DNA of 41,094 bases, taken from Bacilli bacterium (GTDB lineage Bacteria > Bacillota_I > Bacilli_A > ML615J-28 > CAG-698). Each line of letters opens with the position of its first letter. Position 1 is the first letter of the stretch. Shown here in pieces: positions 35,765-41,094 of the stretch. Location of the stretch: the NCBI GenBank assembly GCA_028691715.1, contig JAQUYR010000003.1:1-41094 (forward strand). The letters are read 5' to 3'. The translations under genes were made by a program, and so were the position numbers. The notes beneath the pieces were generated by a model, which was not told where the DNA came from, did not search any database, and saw only the letters and a program-made list of their open reading frames with translations.

Positions 35765-37648
35765 ATGTATAAAATATACCCAAACGTAAAAAAATTCTCT
35801 ATGGAAATGGAGGAATTTGTTACAAAAGAAAAATTGACCGTTTTTTTTCGGGGAGAAGCGGAAAACGTTTTTACGAAAACCAATGATTTTATTGATGAAA
35901 AAGTTTCGGTGTTAGAGGAAGAGGCCGACATTATTTTTGTTAAGGATGAGAGTTTAGGGATTGAAGCCTATAAACTCGATGTTAAAAATAAAATCTATAT
36001 TTACTATAAAACTAGGAGTGGAGCTTTTTTTGCTCTACAGACTTTAAAACAGATTTTAATGCAATGTAGTGGAAGAATTAGATATCTACATATATTTGAT
36101 GAACCAGATATAAAGATCAGGGGATTAATGTTAGATATCAGCCGTGACAAAGTTCCAAAAAAAGAAACCGTGAAGTCAATTATTGATATGATGGCTGATT
36201 TGAAAATGAATCATCTGGAATTGTATGTTGAAGGATTCTCGTTTGGATATCAGAGTTTTAAACAATTTTTAGAAGAAGATGGATACATAAGCGTTGAAGA
36301 ATATCAGGAATTAGAGGATTATGCTAATTCAGTATGTATTGATTTTGTCCCTAACCAAAATGGATTTGGACATATGACTAAGTGGCTTGAAACTAAAGAG
36401 TATAAAGAGCTTGCTGAATGTCCAGAAGGAATCTTTCTTTGGGGAAGAAATCGCAAATCAAGCACACTAAATCCAATTGATCCAAAATCATTGAAATTGG
36501 TTACTAGGATGTATGATGATATGCTACCATATGCTAAATCTTCTTATTTTAACATGAATTTTGATGAACCTTTTGAATTAGGAAAAGGAAAATCAAAAGC
36601 TGAATGCGATGAAAAAGGTATTGGTAATGTCTATATCGATTTTGTTTTAAAAGCTTATGAGATTATTAAAAAATATCAAAAGACTCCTTTAATTTGGGGT
36701 GATGTTTTGATTAATCATCCTGAATTATTGCATAGATTACCTCAAGATATGATTTTCGTTGACTGGGGTTATGATGCTTTTCATCAATTTAATAAAAATT
36801 TGGAGATACTTAAAAAAGCAGGAGTTAAATTTATGGCAGCTCCAGGGACTACTAGCTGGGCTAGTTTTACAGGAAAGAATCGGGATTGGTCCGAAAACAT
36901 TACAAATGCTTGCCTAGCAGTTAAAGAGCATGGTGGTGAAGGAGTACTTCTAACCGATTGGGGAGATTTTGGACATCTTCAGTTTTTACCAATTACTTAT
37001 CCTGGTCTAGTTTTCATGGGATTATATTCTTGGAGAATCAAAGAGGGCACATATTTAAGTGTAAAAGATTATCTAAATAATTATATCTTTAAGGATGAAA
37101 CAGGCATTATCGGTGAATGTTTACTCGATTTGGGTAATTATTATCGCCTTGAAAATAGTTATGGTGGTAATGGTACGCCAACATTCTATAATTTTATGTG
37201 GGGTAGTATTGCTAATAGCGAAGAAAATAAAATTGAATATTATGTTTCTAAGGTAGAATCAAGTTTCTTAAGTTTTAAGAGGTTTAAGTTGTTTAGAAGA
37301 TTCTTTAGTTTTAAAATTGAAGAATTGAACATGACCGAAATGAAATGTGATGATGCTGATTTGGTTAAAGATGAATTATTACAATCCATTAGATTTGTAA
37401 AGATGATTCAAAAGGTTAATATTGGATTAAACGAAAGTATTGATTTGAATTTAAGAAAGAGATATTTAGAAGAAGTTGTGGCTTCAAGAGATATGTTTAT
37501 TAATGAGCAAAGTAGATTATGGCATGCTAGAAATAAATCAGGGGGATTTAAAGATAGTATATCCTATGTCATAGAATTTATCGATTTTGCTGAATATATG
37601 TTAGAATTTTTAAATAGAAGAGGTGAAGGTTATGAAATCCAAAATTAA
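35765..37648 (+). CDS. GH20-family beta-N-acetylhexosaminidase-like protein (non-canonical, HexD-like catalytic motifs), no signal peptide
   Basis: The N-terminal GH20b-like domain reads ...EAYKLDV...IYYKTRSGAFFALQTLKQIL. The barrel follows: IFDEPDIKIRGLMLDISRDKVP...MADLKMNHLELYVEG, with an Asp-Glu pair in NMNFDEPFELG. Confidence 0.68.
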   Translation: MYKIYPNVKKFSMEMEEFVTKEKLTVFFRGEAENVFTKTNDFIDEKVSVLEEEADIIFVKDESLGIEAYKLDVKNKIYIYYKTRSGAFFALQTLKQILMQCSGRIRYLHIFDEPDIKIRGLMLDISRDKVPKKETVKSIIDMMADLKMNHLELYVEGFSFGYQSFKQFLEEDGYISVEEYQELEDYANSVCIDFVPNQNGFGHMTKWLETKEYKELAECPEGIFLWGRNRKSSTLNPIDPKSLKLVTRMYDDMLPYAKSSYFNMNFDEPFELGKGKSKAECDEKGIGNVYIDFVLKAYEIIKKYQKTPLIWGDVLINHPELLHRLPQDMIFVDWGYDAFHQFNKNLEILKKAGVKFMAAPGTTSWASFTGKNRDWSENITNACLAVKEHGGEGVLLTDWGDFGHLQFLPITYPGLVFMGLYSWRIKEGTYLSVKDYLNNYIFKDETGIIGECLLDLGNYYRLENSYGGNGTPTFYNFMWGSIANSEENKIEYYVSKVESSFLSFKRFKLFRRFFSFKIEELNMTEMKCDDADLVKDELLQSIRFVKMIQKVNIGLNESIDLNLRKRYLEEVVASRDMFINEQSRLWHARNKSGGFKDSISYVIEFIDFAEYMLEFLNRRGEGYEIQN

Positions 37649-40600
37649 GTATAACCCACTAGTTGCTAAGAAGGCAATTCTTTGGCTATTATTAATAGCA
37701 ATTGTTGGTTTTTTAGGTGGTACGATAGTTCAAAGCTTTGAATCTGGACATAAATCGTCTTATTCAAAACTTCTTGACAATGAAATACCTGCTGGTAGTT
37801 ATGAAGATTATTTAAAATTACAAGCTGGAGTAAATCCAAATCGTCTAGATGAATTTGAGTTAGCTGATTTTTGGCAATACTTAAAATTTCCTGAAGGCGA
37901 GTCAATTTATGTTGATGGGAATACTGGCTTAGCTAGTGAAGATGCTGTTGGTTTTGCTGCTAATTATTTGATTGATGGCAAAAAAGGTTACTACACTAGT
38001 GAAGATGGTACAGTTACTTGGAATATTAATAACATTCCAAAAGCTGGTATGTATTATGTCAAGATAAACTATTACTTACCTGAAGGCGGCGGAAGCAATG
38101 CTGAAAGGTTAATTTCAATAAATGATGAGGTTTTATTTAATGATTTAAATAATGTTACCTTCTATCGTGTTTGGAAGGATAAAGAAGCTATTAAGCAAGA
38201 TATTACTGGTAATGATTTAAAGCCAACACAAGTGGAAGTTTATTCTGAAAGATCAACATACCTTCGTGATGAGACTGGTTATATATCAGAACCATTTATG
38301 ATTTATTTTGAAGAAGGTCAGAATACAATTTCTTTTACATCTCTTCGAGAAAATCTTATTATTTTTAGTTTTGAGATTGTTTCTGTATTTAGTACTTATA
38401 CATATGAAGAATATTTAGAAGCAAATAAAGATGCTAGGGTTACCAGTGGAACAATTGAGAAAATCGAAGCTGAAGCTGCTACTGAAAGATCTTCACCAAC
38501 TCTATATGCTACTAGCGATAGGACTAGTCCTTTGAATACTCCTTCTGATCCAGTTAAAACTAAATATAATGCAATTGGTGGATCAAAATGGTCGACACCA
38601 GGAGATTGGATTTCTTGGACGGTGACTGTCCCTGAAGCTGGTTTCTATAATATTTCTCTTCGTGCTAAACAAAACTTGTCAAGAGGTTTGTTTTCAACAA
38701 GAAAAGTATATGTTAATGGCGTTGTTCCATTTAAAGAAGCTAATAATGCTAGATTTTTCTATAGTAGTGATTGGGAGGTAATTACCATAGGTAGTGAAGA
38801 TGAAGCATATCTATTCTATCTTGAAGAAGGAGAGAATACGATTGCTTTAGAAGCAACCCTTGGTGATTATGGAGATCCTATTAGTCAGGTTCAACAAGTA
38901 ATAGATGATTTAAGTGATTTATATTTAAAGATAATTGCGATTACAACTGCTAGTCCCGATGAATATCAGGAGTATAATTTATATGGTGATAATGCCCGTA
39001 TTTCAACTGATGCTGATGGCAGGACTATGGAGGAAATATTTGCTGATAGTGCGGTTACTTTAAACCAAGTATCAGAATATATTACCAGTCTAACTGGAGA
39101 AAAGAGCAGTTTGAATAGCTCTTTGGATAAAATAGTTTTACAAATCGGTGGAGAAGTTACTAGAAATGGTAAGACCTCTGATTTAGGGGGCTTTGCTACA
39201 AAACCATGGAATGTTACAAAGGATTTAAAGGAGTTCAAAACAAATCTTTCGGCTCTAGGAACATGGATTTTGGATATCAAAGACCAATCATTAATAATTG
39301 AATGTCTATGGGTTCATTCACAAGATGTCGATTTACCAAAGGCAAATGCCAATTTCTTTACTCAGACATGGTTTAAAACTAGGGCCTTCTTCTTATCGTT
39401 CTTCTTTGATTATGAATCAATCGGAATAACTTCTACTGAAGGATTTGAAAAAGAAATCGAAGTTTGGTATTTAACAAGTGAATCTACTGGACGTGAGCAG
39501 GTTAATGCGGTAAAGAATTTGATTGATACAACATTTATTCCTGATACGGGAATAAATGTAATCTTAAAAATTCTGGCACCAGGTGTTTTATTACCAGCTA
39601 CTCTTGCAGGAACTGGTCCAGATGTTGCCATCAATGTTGCTGGAGGATTACCAGTAAATTATGCTTTGCGTGGAGCTATCTATGATGTAAGTCAACAAGA
39701 AGACTTCCACGAAGTAACAGGTATTTGCACAGCTGAAAATGCTGCTAAAGGTAATTGTACCCAAAACAATGGCAATTATACAGATACTGATTATGTAAAA
39801 TATGACTACCCTGAATATGCAAGGTTCCAATATAGTTCTATGGTTCCTTTCGAATTAGAGGGAAGTTACTATGCTCTTCCTAATACATCTTCGTTCTTAG
39901 TAATGTTCTATCGAACTGATATTTTTGAAGAAAACGGCTGGTCAGTTCCTAAAACTTGGGATGATGTTAAACTTTTAGTAACCGAATTACAAGTATCAAA
40001 TTTGGATTTCTATTTACCATTTGAAGATGCTGGATCAGTAATCTATGCTACGATGTTATATCAAATGGGTGGGCAATTCTATCGCAATGATGATAAAGAG
40101 TCTGATTTCGATTCCGAACTAGGAATGCAGGCCTTTGAAGATTGGTGCAGTTATTTTACTGATTATAGTTTCTTATTATCAGCAAACTTCACAAATAGAT
40201 TTAGAACTGGTGAAATGCCAATTGGTATTGCATCATATGAATTATTTAATACATTGACAGTTTTTGCTCCTGATATCATGGGTAAATGGACATTTGCTCC
40301 ACTACCAGGAACTTATCGTGAAGATGGAACTTATAATAACAGTGGTGTTGCTACAAGTACAGCCGTTGTTATTATGGAACAAGCCAGAGATAAGGATTCA
40401 TCTTGGGAATTTTTGAAATGGTGGACTTCTACAGAGACACAATATAGTTATGCTAGAGAATTAGAGTCAATTTTGGGAGCAGCTGCTCGTCATAATACTG
40501 CTAATATTGAAGCCTTTAAATTATTGCCTTGGTCTAAGTCTGAGAGAGAAATATTAGTATCACAATGGGAAATCACAGTAGGTCTTCCTGAAATTGCTGG

Positions 40601-40751
40601 TGGTTACTATGTTGGACGTAATCTAGAAAATGCTATTCGTGCGGTTATCAATGATGATACAAATCCACGAGAAACATTTAGTGATTATATTGTTCTAATC
40701 AATAGTGAAATCACAAGGAAACGTCAGGAATTTGGACTACCTGTTGATTAG
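37632..40751 (+). CDS. Membrane-anchored giant solute-binding protein: TM anchor, two CBM-like beta-sandwich repeats, linker, family-1 extracellular solute-binding domain
   Basis: ATG at 37632 overlaps the GH20 stop; the track's GTG at 37623 is less likely. TM helix AILWLLLIAIVGFLGGTIV. The internal repeat is WNINNIPKAGMYYVKINYY...FEEGQNTISF versus WISWTVTVPEAGFYNISLRA...LEEGENTIAL. The C-terminal ~450 aa look like a sugar-binding protein (WSVPKTWDDV, MPIGIASY, GKWTFAPLPG). Confidence 0.8.
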   Translation: MKSKIKYNPLVAKKAILWLLLIAIVGFLGGTIVQSFESGHKSSYSKLLDNEIPAGSYEDYLKLQAGVNPNRLDEFELADFWQYLKFPEGESIYVDGNTGLASEDAVGFAANYLIDGKKGYYTSEDGTVTWNINNIPKAGMYYVKINYYLPEGGGSNAERLISINDEVLFNDLNNVTFYRVWKDKEAIKQDITGNDLKPTQVEVYSERSTYLRDETGYISEPFMIYFEEGQNTISFTSLRENLIIFSFEIVSVFSTYTYEEYLEANKDARVTSGTIEKIEAEAATERSSPTLYATSDRTSPLNTPSDPVKTKYNAIGGSKWSTPGDWISWTVTVPEAGFYNISLRAKQNLSRGLFSTRKVYVNGVVPFKEANNARFFYSSDWEVITIGSEDEAYLFYLEEGENTIALEATLGDYGDPISQVQQVIDDLSDLYLKIIAITTASPDEYQEYNLYGDNARISTDADGRTMEEIFADSAVTLNQVSEYITSLTGEKSSLNSSLDKIVLQIGGEVTRNGKTSDLGGFATKPWNVTKDLKEFKTNLSALGTWILDIKDQSLIIECLWVHSQDVDLPKANANFFTQTWFKTRAFFLSFFFDYESIGITSTEGFEKEIEVWYLTSESTGREQVNAVKNLIDTTFIPDTGINVILKILAPGVLLPATLAGTGPDVAINVAGGLPVNYALRGAIYDVSQQEDFHEVTGICTAENAAKGNCTQNNGNYTDTDYVKYDYPEYARFQYSSMVPFELEGSYYALPNTSSFLVMFYRTDIFEENGWSVPKTWDDVKLLVTELQVSNLDFYLPFEDAGSVIYATMLYQMGGQFYRNDDKESDFDSELGMQAFEDWCSYFTDYSFLLSANFTNRFRTGEMPIGIASYELFNTLTVFAPDIMGKWTFAPLPGTYREDGTYNNSGVATSTAVVIMEQARDKDSSWEFLKWWTSTETQYSYARELESILGAAARHNTANIEAFKLLPWSKSEREILVSQWEITVGLPEIAGGYYVGRNLENAIRAVINDDTNPRETFSDYIVLINSEITRKRQEFGLPVD

Positions 40752-40765
40752 GATTGGAGAGTCAG

Positions 40766-41094
40766 ATGGAAAATAATATAAAACAAGAAAACAAACCAAC
40801 CTTTTTAAAGCGTTTCTCAAAGTGGAGAGAAGGAAGAAGAAAAAAAATCGACCAATGGAGTCGTAAGAAACCTTTCAGACGAAAGATGTATTTAAATAGA
40901 TCGCTATATCTAATGATGTTTCCATATCTTCTATTATTCACAACATTCACAGTAATTCCGGTTGTGATGAGTTTAGGATTGAGTTTCACAGACTTTAACC
41001 TTTTAGAATGGCCACCAGGATGGGTTGGTTGGGATAATTATCTTAACTTGTTCTTGGAAGACCCAATATTTGTAACAGCCTTAAAGAATACTTT
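40766..41094 (+). CDS. ABC sugar-transporter permease (MalF/LplB-like), 5' part only, running off the window
   Basis: This ORF is not in the track because no stop is reached. The ATG lies 5 nt after GGAGA. My translation is MENNIKQENKPTFLKRFSKWREGRRKKIDQWSRKKPFRRKMYLNRSLYLMMFPYLLLFTTFTVIPVVMSLGLSFTDFNLL.... The last part is the typical first TM helix and motif of CUT1 permeases. Confidence 0.75.
   Translation, partial: MENNIKQENKPTFLKRFSKWREGRRKKIDQWSRKKPFRRKMYLNRSLYLMMFPYLLLFTTFTVIPVVMSLGLSFTDFNLLEWPPGWVGWDNYLNLFLEDPIFVTALKNT

Noticed and set aside
38966-39280. Minus-strand ORFs inside the giant binding-protein gene (also 37666-37905, 39410-39634 and 39648-39830).
   Set aside because: They are antisense shadow ORFs within a CDS that has clear domain structure. 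They have no start context and no recognisable motifs.
40762-40989. 75-aa minus-strand ORF at the end of the window.
   Set aside because: It is antisense to an open plus-strand frame that has a good SD and a typical ABC sugar-permease N-terminus.
1-41094. Searched for CRISPR repeats, IS elements or transposases, integrases, phage genes, long direct or inverted repeats, and Mycoplasma-type TGA=Trp coding.
   Set aside because: I saw no regularly spaced repeats and no transposase or integrase motifs. TGA terminates several well-supported genes, so the standard code applies. My repeat detection by eye is limited, and short dispersed repeats could have been missed.

Overview
All domain, motif and RNA calls below were made by eye, without database searches. 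This is a low-GC bacterial chromosome segment that uses the standard genetic code: TGA is a stop at 2950-2952, 15014-15016, 15751-15753, 16439-16441 and 30488-30490. Gene content fits a low-GC Bacillota lineage, perhaps Erysipelotrichia- or Acholeplasma-like, but that taxon assignment is only an inference.

The first ~28 kb is mostly housekeeping. It holds lysS, a tRNA-Tyr/tRNA-Gln pair, glyA, an RluA-family pseudouridine synthase, xpt, a guanine-riboswitch-controlled BMP-family nucleoside ABC transporter, rpmE, tdk, tadA, small SRP RNA and dusB. Several oddities are interspersed:
- a 1535-aa cytoplasmic REC-PAS-GGDEF(degenerate)-EAL-PAS-GGDEF c-di-GMP protein;
- an aspartase/fumarase-fold protein with all three catalytic signatures eroded;
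- a PyrE-like phosphoribosyltransferase that lacks the catalytic loop;
- an orphan zinc-type binding lipoprotein;
- tandem YcxB-like genes and a DUF2207-LemA pair.

The most interesting part is 28292-41094. Six tightly packed genes encode proteins with no signal peptide: a diaminopimelate decarboxylase fused to an M19 dipeptidase, a beta-lactamase-fold serine hydrolase, a double GNAT, a PIG-L deacetylase, an S66 LD-carboxypeptidase and a GHL10 TIM-barrel protein. A second unit follows, with a GH20-like hexosaminidase, a 1039-aa membrane-anchored protein of two CBM-like modules plus a solute-binding domain, and an ABC sugar permease. Together these read like an uncharacterised peptidoglycan-fragment uptake and salvage route that ends in lysine.

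I saw no CRISPR array, transposase, integrase or prophage genes.
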